From Desulfobaccales bacterium (GTDB taxonomy: Bacteria > Desulfobacterota > Desulfobaccia > Desulfobaccales > 0-14-0-80-60-11): a stretch of DNA of 64,000 bases. Positions 38,294-47,972 of the stretch are shown in pieces. Below the pieces are notes generated by a model. The model did no database searches. It saw nothing but the letters and a program-made list of their open reading frames with translations, and was not told where the DNA came from. The position numbers were made by a program, and so were the translations under genes. The number at the start of each line of letters is the position of its first letter. Position 1 is the stretch's first letter. The stretch covers positions 7,548 to 71,547 of the forward strand of contig JBKQKO010000128.1 in the NCBI GenBank assembly GCA_052147455.1, written 5' to 3'.

Positions 38294-39037
38294 CTAAGGT
38301 AAGCTCACCATCTTCTGATAAATTAATTGAAAAGTGTCTGGTTTCACCGTAATGAAACCGGAAAACGGCGTGTTAATATCCCAAATAAAAAGGAGACAAG
38401 ACAAGACCATGAAGAAGACAATCAACTCAAAGATAAAGGACAACGCCGTTTGGTGCCGATTCAAGAGGACGAATCCGAACACCATCGCCCCAAAGCCAAA
38501 GATGAGAATGATCCAGACCGTTGGGTAAAGATTGCCTTTCATCATGGCAGAACGGGACAGGCGCAGTCGGTTGGCTTCCGTAAGACTATTATAAATTGCC
38601 CCGAGCTTGTCAGAATCGCCACTGATTGCAGAAAACTTGGCCAAGACGTCATCAAAACGACGACTGGCTGCCTCGCTCATCGAGTCTTGTCCCATTTGTG
38701 GCCATTCATCTTCGACCACCGTTTTGACATAGTTTTTCAGAGCTTGGCGGAAGGCCGCGGAATTCGGCAAATTTCGGGAGGCGTAGTAGGCGCTTATGAT
38801 CGTTGTAGCTTCACGGTTGACATCGGCTTTGGCAGTGAGAAACGTCGACCATAAGGTGACGATGGCAAAGCCGATGAAAAAGGCGTAGAGGGTAGTGAAG
38901 AAATCAAAAATAGAGGAGTGAATATATTCCTGGTCTTTCAGGCGCTGCCCAAAACGCCTGCGAATCAGCAGCAGCAGCCCCGAAAACAACGCACTGGCAA
39001 GCAAGATCAAAAAAAATATGAATACAAATGTTTTCAC
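38294..39037 (-). CDS. DUF4239-like membrane protein
   Basis: 247 aa. N-terminal transmembrane helix, LYAFFIGFAIVTLWSTF, REATTIISAYYASRNL, and a C-terminal pair of transmembrane helices. Family recalled from pattern only. Confidence 0.55.
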   Translation of the reverse strand: MKTFVFIFFLILLASALFSGLLLLIRRRFGQRLKDQEYIHSSIFDFFTTLYAFFIGFAIVTLWSTFLTAKADVNREATTIISAYYASRNLPNSAAFRQALKNYVKTVVEDEWPQMGQDSMSEAASRRFDDVLAKFSAISGDSDKLGAIYNSLTEANRLRLSRSAMMKGNLYPTVWIILIFGFGAMVFGFVLLNRHQTALSFIFELIVFFMVLSCLLFIWDINTPFSGFITVKPDTFQLIYQKMVSLP

Positions 39038-39266
39038 TTTAACCCGAGATTATGCGTCAATCTTGCCACTACAGTTTAAAAATTGGTTAGGGAACCTGAT
39101 CCGGTTTCAATTTAATCTAACCATGGTCAAAAGTTTGTCAATTTCCACAAAATAATTTTACCCCAAAATTTGCACCTGGGAGGCGACTGGGACGGGCGGC
39201 TGATTCAGGCAAAAGGATACAGACACCAATCTGCGGGGAAATCGAAGCAGATCTGATTCAAGACAG

Positions 39267-39623
39267 TTAATTCATTAACATCAATTTTTTCAGAGTCTGC
39301 AGATCATATCTCATATCGTTTTCGGACTTGATCTTACTGACGATTCCTTGTTTGTCGAAGAACACCGAAAGCTGGCGGGTCTTATTCGAAATCCCCAAAA
39401 CCGGATCGATGCTGGTCTGGGAATAGTTATAGTCCCATAATTCCCCATCCCGCAAAGGAGTGATTCTGGCTGGCGTCCCGAACGCATTCTGGACATCCGC
39501 TTTGGTAGATTTCCCTTCCTGAATACGATCCAGGTAGGTTTGTTGGGTAATAGCCTGATTGCCGCCGGAGGCGCAGCCTGCCAAAAGCATTAAACAGAAA
39601 AATATAGGCAAAAATTTGTTCAT
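39267..39623 (-). CDS. lipoprotein with SmpA/OmlA (BamE-like) domain
   Basis: Lipobox LLAGC, then GKSTKADVQNAFGTP... Confidence 0.6.
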   Translation of the reverse strand: MNKFLPIFFCLMLLAGCASGGNQAITQQTYLDRIQEGKSTKADVQNAFGTPARITPLRDGELWDYNYSQTSIDPVLGISNKTRQLSVFFDKQGIVSKIKSENDMRYDLQTLKKLMLMN

Positions 39624-40035
39624 TGCGGCGCTCTTTACCCCTCTTTAGGATTTATGTAAAAAAACCAATACTGCAACCACTACCAGATTTTTCAACAATA
39701 ACATAAACTTGAACCTTCCTCTTAGATATCGGGAATTCCTGATTTTTGGGGTGAAAAAGACTGAATTTTTAAAAAAACTACCAACAGAAGTTGAAGTGAG
39801 TATAGCTGGCAGGTGGGCTGAAAATGATTTAGTTTACTCGTGGTGACGGCGGCAGGTTAACGGCAATGGAATACAGAAACTAAACCTGCGGGGATAATGT
39901 CAAATTGAGTTTGATTTAGGACAAATAATTAATAGATTCTAGGCATTATTTTCTTCAGCAGCCGAGCCTCTCCCAAATTCAGTTGAAAGTGGCTGGCGGT
40001 TAAAGGTTGATAAAGATTAGGCTGCCATCCATCCT

Positions 40036-40467
40036 TTAGATTTGGATCAACGCTATTCCTGATGCAGGATCGAGTTTCTTCTGAAGATGAGTCGGACTCT
40101 CGGTCAAAATCAATTCGCATGTCGGACGCACGCGAGCCTCAAGGAGGTGCCCACCGTGGGCAGTCCCGTCGGAGCGTCCTACTACCGCGTGCGCATGCAC
40201 CTGTGGTTCTCCGTCCTTGAGGGCGATGTCGCCAATGAGCGAAAGCAGTTCCACTTGTTCGTGGAGAACGCTGGCTAGCTCGTACTTTTTCGTCTCCCAG
40301 TTGAACCAACCCAGCTTCGCGTAAGAAAGAGCGCCGATGGCTTGGAAGCTACTTCCCCCCAAACCCTGTTCCTTCGAGAACTGTTGCAGCACGCTGGCGA
40401 TCTCGTCGCCGGTCTCAAAGATTAGGGCAAAAACCTTCGGTTCATCCTCGATTTGTTTCCACCGCAT
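40036..40467 (-). CDS. PPC (DUF296) domain DNA-binding protein
   Basis: F.AIGALS.A.LG......Y.......E.VELLSL.G.I.....EP..H.H.V......A.GGHL pattern. Confidence 0.7.
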   Translation of the reverse strand: MRWKQIEDEPKVFALIFETGDEIASVLQQFSKEQGLGGSSFQAIGALSYAKLGWFNWETKKYELASVLHEQVELLSLIGDIALKDGEPQVHAHAVVGRSDGTAHGGHLLEARVRPTCELILTESPTHLQKKLDPASGIALIQI

Positions 40468-40641
40468 GTCGGCTCCTTTTCCTAAATGGGAATCAGAATT
40501 AGAGAGAAGGAAATCCTTTGGTAATCATCAAGAGCGGCCGAGATTCTCATAAACTTTTCCTCCGTGCTGTTCCGGCTCGGGCTTGACTTGGCAGGAATAC
40601 CCCCCGGTACCTTTCCGGGTACTTTAGTCTTTGAGAAAATC

Positions 40642-41148
40642 TTATAATTTCTTGGAGCAGGCCCGTATGAAAGCCGGGAGATCAGCGGGGCTGCGGCTAG
40701 AAATCAGGTTGCCGTCCTCAACGACCTCCTGATCAATAAATTCGGCCCCCGCATTTTTGATATCTTGGATCAAGGATTTCCAGCCGGTAATCTTGCGCCC
40801 TTTGAGCACCTGGGCGGTGATGAGAAGTTGCGGGGCATGGCAAATCAGGAAAACTGGTTTGCCGCTTTCCACGAACTCTTTGACAAACCACACCACATGG
40901 TCATCGACCCTCAATTTATCCGGCGAATAACCGCCGGGAATTAAGAGGGCGTCGAAGTCGCCTACCTTGACCTCCTGGGCGGCTTTGTCGACCTTAACCG
41001 GCGTGCCTTGCTTCTCGCCCTTCACGGTAACTCCACTTTTTAAACCGACATGAATCAGTTCGTGGCCGGCTTTCTTAAAGGCTTCGGCCGGCTGGGAATA
41101 TTCCGAATCTTCGAACCTGTCGGTGATCAAGACCGCCACTTTACTCAT
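40642..41148 (-). CDS. DJ-1/PfpI family type 1 glutamine amidotransferase / intracellular protease
   Basis: KVAVLITDRFEDSEY, ALLIPGG, and nucleophile elbow ICHAPQLL. Confidence 0.85.
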   Translation of the reverse strand: MSKVAVLITDRFEDSEYSQPAEAFKKAGHELIHVGLKSGVTVKGEKQGTPVKVDKAAQEVKVGDFDALLIPGGYSPDKLRVDDHVVWFVKEFVESGKPVFLICHAPQLLITAQVLKGRKITGWKSLIQDIKNAGAEFIDQEVVEDGNLISSRSPADLPAFIRACSKKL

Positions 41149-41196
41149 GGTGGTTCCCTCCTTTTGGGTGGATCGAATCCCCAGCCGGCGCTACGG

Positions 41197-42201
41197 TTAA
41201 CCCAGCCATTGGGGGTTGCGAGCCGTACTGTCGAAATGATCCGAGGTCTTGTAAAATTCAAATCTGCCCCGCGCCGCGGCTTTGGCAGTCTTGGCCAACA
41301 GGGCCGCGACTTCTTGGGCGCTCAAGGGCCGGAAGGTGCGGGCAGCAGTCAGGGCCTGCTCCAAAATGGGCCTGGAGTCGCAGCCGGTAATCACCACGGC
41401 AACCGGCAGATTCATGTCATAGTGCAGGCATTCCATGGGGGTTACGGTGTTGCTCTCCAGAAGGAAGTGGTCACCCATTGATTTCATCGCCAGGGGCCCG
41501 ATGCCGTGCTGCAGGAGCATGGGCAGAACCTGCTTTTGGAAGCTGTCATAGTGCGCGTCCATGAGATTCAAGGGCATTTGCACGGTGGCAGGGGTGAAGT
41601 TGTTAGCGAAGCAGAGTTCCAGCATCTTCAGGTGGATTGCGGGGCTCTTGTGCCCGGTGAAGCCGATATAGCGGATTTTTCCGGCTTTTTTGGCTGCGAC
41701 CATGGCCTCGTAGGCGCCGCGGGGGGCAAAGATACGCTCGGGGTCGGACATGCGAATCAATTCATGGAACTGCAGCAGATCGATGGTATCCGTTTGGAGG
41801 CGCTGGAGAGATTCATCCAGCTGTTTGGCGGCGGCTTCCGCAGTACGGCCGTCAATCTTGGTCATGAGAAAAACTTTCTGGCGATAGCCGTCTTTCAGGG
41901 CCTTGCCCAGGCGGATTTCGCTCTCGCCACTGTTGTAATCCCAGGAGTTGTCCATGAAGTTAATGCCGTTGTCGATGGCGGTGCGAATGATGCGGATGCT
42001 CTCCTGCTCCTCCGGCCGGCCGAGGTGAAAACCGCCCAGGCCGACGATGGAAACTTTCTCACCCGTGCTGCCCAACACACGGTAAGGCATCTGGCTTTTT
42101 TCTTGGACCGCCCAGGCATGAGGCAGCGGGCCGGGAATCCGCGCCACTCCTGCGGCTACTCCCAGGGCCGTTAAGTTCTTAATAAACTCGCGACGCTCCA
42201 T
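41197..42201 (-). CDS. aldo/keto reductase with twin-arginine (Tat) signal peptide
   Basis: MERREFIKNLTALGVAAGVA...AWA, then an AKR core (YRVLGSTGEKVSIVGLGG, IDLLQFHE). Confidence 0.85.
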   Translation of the reverse strand: MERREFIKNLTALGVAAGVARIPGPLPHAWAVQEKSQMPYRVLGSTGEKVSIVGLGGFHLGRPEEQESIRIIRTAIDNGINFMDNSWDYNSGESEIRLGKALKDGYRQKVFLMTKIDGRTAEAAAKQLDESLQRLQTDTIDLLQFHELIRMSDPERIFAPRGAYEAMVAAKKAGKIRYIGFTGHKSPAIHLKMLELCFANNFTPATVQMPLNLMDAHYDSFQKQVLPMLLQHGIGPLAMKSMGDHFLLESNTVTPMECLHYDMNLPVAVVITGCDSRPILEQALTAARTFRPLSAQEVAALLAKTAKAAARGRFEFYKTSDHFDSTARNPQWLG

Positions 42202-42216
42202 TTTTCGGTCCTTGCA

Positions 42217-42280
42217 ACCGAGATTATCCAGCAGCCTTGGCCACCACAGTCCAAAAATGTTTTTAGGGACCTCTTGCCCG
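42217..42280 (-). repeat. promoter-like module of about 64 bp, copy 1 (upstream of the AKR gene)
   Basis: About 80% identical to 43886-43949. The minus strand contains TTGGAC-N18-TGGATAAT. Confidence 0.7.
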
Positions 42281-42696
42281 AGTTAACCACAAAAAATGAC
42301 CAATTCTCTGAGATAATGCCTTTGATAAGCATGACTTTTATAAAAGTCAATATTTCCATAGACACGGCATACAACCTCTGAACTTCACGCCAGGATAGAG
42401 ATAACCCATAGAAAAAGCTGGGAAGGTGAAGGCGCTTTTCTTTGGTAAAAATTCAACATATCTTGCCCCTTTCATAATTTCCTAAAAATTGCCAAAATAT
42501 CAATATATCTCCTCAATATCAAAACCCTTCTTCTGATTACCCCACCCACCTCTTTTCAGCATTGACACGTTTACACCTACCACAAAAAGCCATTTATAAC
42601 AATAATATCAATATGTTTAATTTTATCAGGGGTTCACTGGGGGTGGTTACACCGGGTTTACACCTATGAAAACCCAAAAGAGTGCGACCTGCGTGG

Positions 42697-42807
42697 CTCA
42701 AGATGAGGGTTTGGGCCTACAACTTCCTGCATATGATCGGACAGTTCTATATCTGGGGGGAAGGAGTGCGTCGGTCAATGGATTGGCTGATCAAGCGTAT
42801 GATTAAG
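42697..42807 (+). pseudogene. IS1380-family transposase C-terminal fragment
   Basis: LKMRVWAYNFLHMIGQFYIWGEGVRRSMDWLIKRMIK aligns with the 44096-44400 fragment (LQMGILAYNFLHLIRQFYVWGAGVRRSIDWLIKRMIK). Confidence 0.6.
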
Positions 42808-43124
42808 TGGGAGCCAGTTCAGAATTGACCTGCTTCATTAAATTGTGTACGTTTTTAAAGATAATTGATGAGCAGAGTAATAATGACATTGAAAAGAAGG
42901 AGGCAATGATAATGATAAATGCAGAAAAGAAGAGTTTATAAATCGCCTGAAGGGCCTGCTTGAGGGCCTGAGAGAAAAAATCCCATTAGACACTTATCGT
43001 GGGGAGGGGAATCTCCATATATGGTCTGAATATCAGATGTAAAAAACCGATATTCACGTATACCATCAGGTGGCATAAAAAAAGGGTTGGCCCAAAACGA
43101 CTATTGCGAATAGTCGCGCTCTTA

Positions 43125-43808
43125 TCACCTCTTTGAAACTTCATCCAAAACTTTACGGTTTTCGGGGTAATCCGGAGCAAGACGGACGGCCTCCTGGGCC
43201 AAACTGAGGGCTTTGTCCCGATCACCAAAAGGCGTCCAACGCGGGGCCTGGAAATAAAGCTGACTAAGGACCCGGGAGGCGCCGGCATGATCTAAGGTTG
43301 GCGCAGTCTGACGCACTAGGTCCAATTCCCTGATGCCTTCTTTGACTATGGAAAACGCCCCCAGTCCACCTTTTTTTTGAGCCTTTTTAAGCAATGCCAA
43401 TCCATACCAATAGTGAGCCGCCGGGAGATTCTCCATATGCAATGCTGTTTGAGCGTAAGTCTCCGTCTTTTCGTAATACTGATATTCCCCGGCCACATCG
43501 GCATCAGGGTTGGCCAGGCGATAGTAGGCTTCAGCCAGATAGAGAGGGAATCGTACCTCTGCCGGAAACTGCGCGCTATTGCCTTCCAGAAGAGAGATGG
43601 CTTTACGCAGGCTCTGGGGATTGTCTTGGTTTATCAAGCCGTGAGCCTCTTGCAGGATAGCTTCTTTAGAGGGAGATGGCTGGCTGGCAGGAGCTGCCAG
43701 GAGCGGCTGGGTAAAAGAAAATAAAAGCCAAGACGCCAGTATGATTCTTATTCCGAAGGAGATTCTGTAGCCACGGCATTTGCTGGTTTCCGACAATATA
43801 TTTATCAT
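43125..43808 (-). CDS. secreted TPR-repeat protein
   Basis: Signal-like N-terminus and repeated AxxYY/ALxxA TPR-like helices. Confidence 0.65.
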   Translation of the reverse strand: MINILSETSKCRGYRISFGIRIILASWLLFSFTQPLLAAPASQPSPSKEAILQEAHGLINQDNPQSLRKAISLLEGNSAQFPAEVRFPLYLAEAYYRLANPDADVAGEYQYYEKTETYAQTALHMENLPAAHYWYGLALLKKAQKKGGLGAFSIVKEGIRELDLVRQTAPTLDHAGASRVLSQLYFQAPRWTPFGDRDKALSLAQEAVRLAPDYPENRKVLDEVSKR

Positions 43809-43885
43809 ACATTTTTCCTCGGGTGATCAAGGTCTGCCAGAATAGCTTAACCGGCAGTAGATAAGGAATTTTTTGATATATATTG

Positions 43886-43949
43886 ACCGAGATTAGGCGC
43901 CAGGCTTGCCCACCGCAGTCAAAAAAAGGTTTTTGGGACCTCTTGCCTG
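43886..43949 (-). repeat. promoter-like module of about 64 bp, copy 2 (upstream of the TPR gene)
   Basis: ACCGAGATTAGGCGCCAGGCTTGCCCACCGCAGTCAAAAAAAGGTTTTTGGGACCTCTTGCCTG. The minus strand has TTGACT-N17-CGCCTAAT. Confidence 0.7.
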
Positions 43950-44095
43950 GAAAAAATCCCCCCAAGTTTCTGTTCTTGAAGCCGAATCCTCTCGTCGACC
44001 ACATGGTAGCACAAGTTTCCTTGAAAAAATACTTTTTTCCTGAATTTTGGGCATATCTAATCCTCAGAACCCCAGACACTCTACTGCTGTGGAGG

Positions 44096-44400
44096 TTAAG
44101 GACCCCAGGCCGGCACCGCCCGGTAGTGGTGGGATAGAGGGAAAGCCGAGGCAACATGGACATACCACCTCCGGGCAGGATAAGAGACTCTGGCTCCCAC
44201 TTTAATCATACGCTTGATCAGCCAATCTATTGACCGACGCACTCCTGCACCCCAGACGTAGAACTGCCGGATCAGGTGCAGGAAGTTGTAGGCCAGAATC
44301 CCCATCTGTAGCCTGGCCTGGTTGGCCTCGAACCTTTGGCAACTGGTTTTGTCCCACCGAAGAGTGTGCTTCCCTTCCTTCTCGGGGATCTGGTGATTAC
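44096..44400 (-). pseudogene. IS1380-family transposase C-terminal fragment
   Basis: ...WDKTSCQRFEANQARLQMGILAYNFLHLIR...RRWYVHVASAFPLSHHYRAV. The N-terminal three quarters are missing. Abuts and overlaps the 3' end of livH. Confidence 0.65.
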
Positions 44401-44495
44401 CGGTCCCACCCGGACCGACGTCATGGATATTCGTTTGATGATGATTGGGTAAGACTTGACCGGCAAAATGGTGGGCGAGCCGATGAGCTTTTGGG

Positions 44496-45329
44496 TTACG
44501 CCTCAATCGGTTTGATGATCAATACCAGGCCCATCACTACGAATACCATCGTGTCGGCGGCGGGACCCCAGAACCTGCCGGTGACGGACATCACCATCCC
44601 CAGAGCAAAAGCAGCAACAAAAGTCCCTCTGATGCTTCCCAACCCTCCCACCACCACCACCGCGAAGCAGATCAAAAGAACCTGGAATCCCATGTAGGGA
44701 TTTACCGCAGTGATGGGCGCGTACAGGACGCCTCCGAGTGCCGCCAGGCAGCTTCCTAAAGTGAAGGCCACGGCAAAATATTTATCCACGTTGATTCCCA
44801 GGCTGGCAACCGCCTCCTTGTCCTCCAGGCCGGCGACGATGATTTTCCCCACCACTGTGCGGCTAAAGAAGAGTTCCAATCCGACAAAGATCAGCAGCGA
44901 AATCAGAATGATGATGAGACGGTAGACCGGAAGCTCCACGCCCAACAGGGAAAAGTAGGTGCCGACGGGATCGGATAAGGGAATGGGGCTGGCCCCCCAG
45001 ATCCATTTGATGGCATCAACCCCGATGAGGAGGACAGCATAGGTGGCAATGATGGCATAATCAACGGCTTGTCCATAGAGTCTGCGAATGACGTAGCGCT
45101 CGATCAGGTATGATATAGGGATGACGGCTATTACTGCGATAACGGCTGCTAGGAAAAATCCCAAGCCTAACTTTTGAAGGGTGGTGACCAGGATATAGGC
45201 GCCCAGCGTATATACCAGGGCATGAGCGAAGTTGACGATCCGCATGGTCCCGAACGTCAGGGACAGTCCGATGGAAATAATGTAGAGGATTCCCCCTACG
45301 GTTAATCCATAGGCAAGCGTGCTGATCAT
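44496..45329 (-). CDS. livH: branched-chain amino acid-type ABC transporter permease (LivH family)
   Basis: 277-aa polytopic permease, fourth gene after the binding protein. The last few codons may be altered by the adjacent IS remnant. Confidence 0.8.
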   Translation of the reverse strand: MISTLAYGLTVGGILYIISIGLSLTFGTMRIVNFAHALVYTLGAYILVTTLQKLGLGFFLAAVIAVIAVIPISYLIERYVIRRLYGQAVDYAIIATYAVLLIGVDAIKWIWGASPIPLSDPVGTYFSLLGVELPVYRLIIILISLLIFVGLELFFSRTVVGKIIVAGLEDKEAVASLGINVDKYFAVAFTLGSCLAALGGVLYAPITAVNPYMGFQVLLICFAVVVVGGLGSIRGTFVAAFALGMVMSVTGRFWGPAADTMVFVVMGLVLIIKPIEA

Positions 45330-46339
45330 CGTCTGATCTCCGACTGAGGCGTTGACTCCACGTTAGCCGGCTTTTCAAAACGGTTGAGCAATGCCACGAC
45401 ATATCCCCAAACCCCGGTTCTGAACTTGAACACCAGCAGAAGAAGGACAACCCCCAAAAACATCTCCCAGCGCTGAATGTAGTTGGGCAGGTAATTGCTT
45501 ATCAACTTATAGCTTACGCCTCCGATCAGCGCTCCATACACACTTCCCGCCCCGCCGATGAGGCTTGCAAAGATGACTTCTACACTCCTGAGGGGGTCGA
45601 TGAAGCTGGTGGTAACATAGCTGTAGTTGAGAATAAACAGTGCCCCGGCAAAACTGGACAGGCTGGTCGAGACGATAAAGGCCACCATTTTGACGGCAAA
45701 AGTATTATAGCCCAGGAACTGCACCCGGGTTTCATTTTCCTTGATACCGCGCAGGAGAAGGCCAAAGAGGGAGTTCGTGAGCCTCCGCACTAAAAATATG
45801 ACCAGGAGTAGACACACGAGGGTGAAGTAGAAAACTATCATGCGGTTGGCAAAGTTGAATATCCACACCTTCTGGAAAGAGGCGGACATGCCGTCTTCGC
45901 CCCCGGTCCAGCGCGAGAACGCCACCAGGGCCAGGAAAAATCCGAGCTGATTGAAGGCCAGATTAATGAGCGCAAAACAGGCGCCGGTGGTGCGCACAAT
46001 GATGGGCCCTAAGATAAGCCCCACGGCCGCACCCGATCCCACGGCAATAAGAAGGGCCAAAAAGGGATTTCCCGATAGGTGCTCCCCTGACAAGGCAAAG
46101 GCGTACGCCCCCACTCCCAGATAAAGCATATGGCCGAACGAAAGCCTTCCCATGTGGCCGTATAACAGATCGTAGGCCAGCACGAAGATACAGAAGATCA
46201 TAAAATCAATGGTTCGGTCCGCGGAGAGAAGCGGCATCAGCAGCAAAAAGAGGGCTGCGATGACGAGCAAATCAAATTTTCTGAGAAATTCGAGGGTGGA
46301 ACTGATCAGGGATTTGCCGCCGGTCCTGGGTAAGCTCAT
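45326..46339 (-). CDS. livM: branched-chain amino acid-type ABC transporter permease (LivM family)
   Basis: 337-aa permease. Its stop overlaps the livH start. Confidence 0.8.
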   Translation of the reverse strand: MSLPRTGGKSLISSTLEFLRKFDLLVIAALFLLLMPLLSADRTIDFMIFCIFVLAYDLLYGHMGRLSFGHMLYLGVGAYAFALSGEHLSGNPFLALLIAVGSGAAVGLILGPIIVRTTGACFALINLAFNQLGFFLALVAFSRWTGGEDGMSASFQKVWIFNFANRMIVFYFTLVCLLLVIFLVRRLTNSLFGLLLRGIKENETRVQFLGYNTFAVKMVAFIVSTSLSSFAGALFILNYSYVTTSFIDPLRSVEVIFASLIGGAGSVYGALIGGVSYKLISNYLPNYIQRWEMFLGVVLLLLVFKFRTGVWGYVVALLNRFEKPANVESTPQSEIRR

Positions 46340-46351
46340 GGTCGTGATCCG

Positions 46352-47044
46352 CTATAAATAAGTCTCCAGATAAGATTGATTCTGAATGGCGGCCGGCTCG
46401 GAAAGTTCCGCGGGTATGCGTCCTTCCTGCATGCAATAGATGCGGTCAGCCAATCGGGATACCACGGGAAGATTCTGTTCAACGATGACCATAGTCACTT
46501 CGCCTTTCATAAGTTCAAGGGCTTTCAAGACCTCTTCGATGGTACCCGCGGCCAGACCTTCGGTAGGCTCGTCGATGAGGAGCAGGCGAGGGGAGCCCAC
46601 CATCGCCCGGCCGATGAGGAGCAGTTGCCGTTGACCTCCTGAAAGCCCTCCTGCCTTGTTTTCCAGGAACCTGGAGATCTGCGGGTAGATTTGCACCACC
46701 CGATCCAGGGCATCTCTGAGCTTGACGTTGGCGGCGTAAGCGGCCAGCTCGATGTTCTCCCTGACTGTGAGTTTGGTGAACACCCGTTTATCCTGGAACA
46801 CGTACCTGATCCCCAGGCGAGCCACCTTATCAGGAGGCCTTCCGGATATTTCCTCCCCAGCAAATTTAATCGTGCCGCGTAAAGGGGGCAGAAAACCGGC
46901 AATGGTCTTCAACAGGGTGGTCTTGCCGGCCCCGTTGCGGCCCACGATAAATACGACTTCACCCAGCCTGGCGTGTAAGGAGACCTCTGAGAGAACCCGG
47001 GCATTCCCGTAAAACACATCGATCCGGTCTACCGACAACAGCAT
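46352..47044 (-). CDS. livF: ABC transporter ATP-binding protein (LivF family)
   Basis: Walker A GRNGAGKTT, signature LSGGQRQ, Walker B LLLIDEP. Confidence 0.85.
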   Translation of the reverse strand: MLLSVDRIDVFYGNARVLSEVSLHARLGEVVFIVGRNGAGKTTLLKTIAGFLPPLRGTIKFAGEEISGRPPDKVARLGIRYVFQDKRVFTKLTVRENIELAAYAANVKLRDALDRVVQIYPQISRFLENKAGGLSGGQRQLLLIGRAMVGSPRLLLIDEPTEGLAAGTIEEVLKALELMKGEVTMVIVEQNLPVVSRLADRIYCMQEGRIPAELSEPAAIQNQSYLETYL

Positions 47045-47045
47045 G

Positions 47046-47837
47046 CTAGGCTCCCTGAGGCTTGTCCGGGGGGCGGCAAGTCACGTCGCCCCAATAAACT
47101 CGCCGTACCGTCTCGTCGGCCAAAACAGCTTCGGGCAGGCCATCTGCAATCAACCTGCCCTCGTGCATGACACTGAGGCGCGTAACCAGGCCCAGGATGC
47201 GGGTAATCTTGTGCTCAATGATCACGAGCGTAAACTCATCCTTTAACTTATGGATCAGATCGAGGACATCGGTAATCTCCCCCTCACTCAGGCCGGCAAA
47301 GGGTTCATCCAGCAGAAGCACCTGAGGTCTGAGGGCCAGGGCCATGGCGATTTCGAGTTTACGTTTATCCCCATAAGAAAGTTCGGAGGTGGGTAGACTC
47401 ATCTTCTTGGCGAGGCCCGCTCTCTCCAGGGCAGATCTGCAGTTATCCACCACCTGGGGAGAATGCGGATTACCCAGGAGGCGCCATAGCAGTCCTTTGG
47501 ATTCGGGCTGGGAGTGAACGACCGCGAGGACGAGATTGTCAAGGACCGCCAAGGAGTCAAAGACGGAGACCAATTGAAAGGTCCGGATCAATCCGAGGGC
47601 TACCCGCTTATGGGCCCCCTGGTTGGTGATATCGGCGCCGAGGTAGGTAATGGTTCCTTCAGAAGGCGGGAAAAGGCCGGTAAGGAGATTGAAAAAAGTT
47701 GACTTGCCGGCGCCGTTGGGCCCAATAATGCCCGTAACTTCTCCTTTTCGGAGTCCGTAGTCCACGCCGTCAACCGCGGTGAAGTCGCCGAAACGCTTAC
47801 TAAGGCCATGGCTTTGGAGAATGACCTCTTCTGACAT
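47046..47837 (-). CDS. livG: ABC transporter ATP-binding protein (LivG family)
   Basis: Walker A GPNGAGKST, signature LSYGDKRKLE, Walker B LLLLDEP. Confidence 0.85.
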   Translation of the reverse strand: MSEEVILQSHGLSKRFGDFTAVDGVDYGLRKGEVTGIIGPNGAGKSTFFNLLTGLFPPSEGTITYLGADITNQGAHKRVALGLIRTFQLVSVFDSLAVLDNLVLAVVHSQPESKGLLWRLLGNPHSPQVVDNCRSALERAGLAKKMSLPTSELSYGDKRKLEIAMALALRPQVLLLDEPFAGLSEGEITDVLDLIHKLKDEFTLVIIEHKITRILGLVTRLSVMHEGRLIADGLPEAVLADETVRRVYWGDVTCRPPDKPQGA

Positions 47838-47972
47838 GCGGGGGGTCCTTGCCAGTGCGCCAACGACGGCGCGTCATTCTGAGAGGTGGTCTGTATAGGG
47901 CGGGAGGGCCATATCCTGACCTCGGGAGAGAGTAAATATCAACGGTCCGGGAGGCTGGTGGCCGGGGAGGCC

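Noticed and set aside
42986-44163. ORFs 42986..43288 and 43666..44163 (minus strand).
   Set aside because: - The first overlaps the 3' end of the TPR gene in another frame.
- The second runs through the duplicated promoter-like module and the IS1380 remnant.
- The shared peptide (GKRS.K.F.DCGGQ) simply reflects the DNA repeat.
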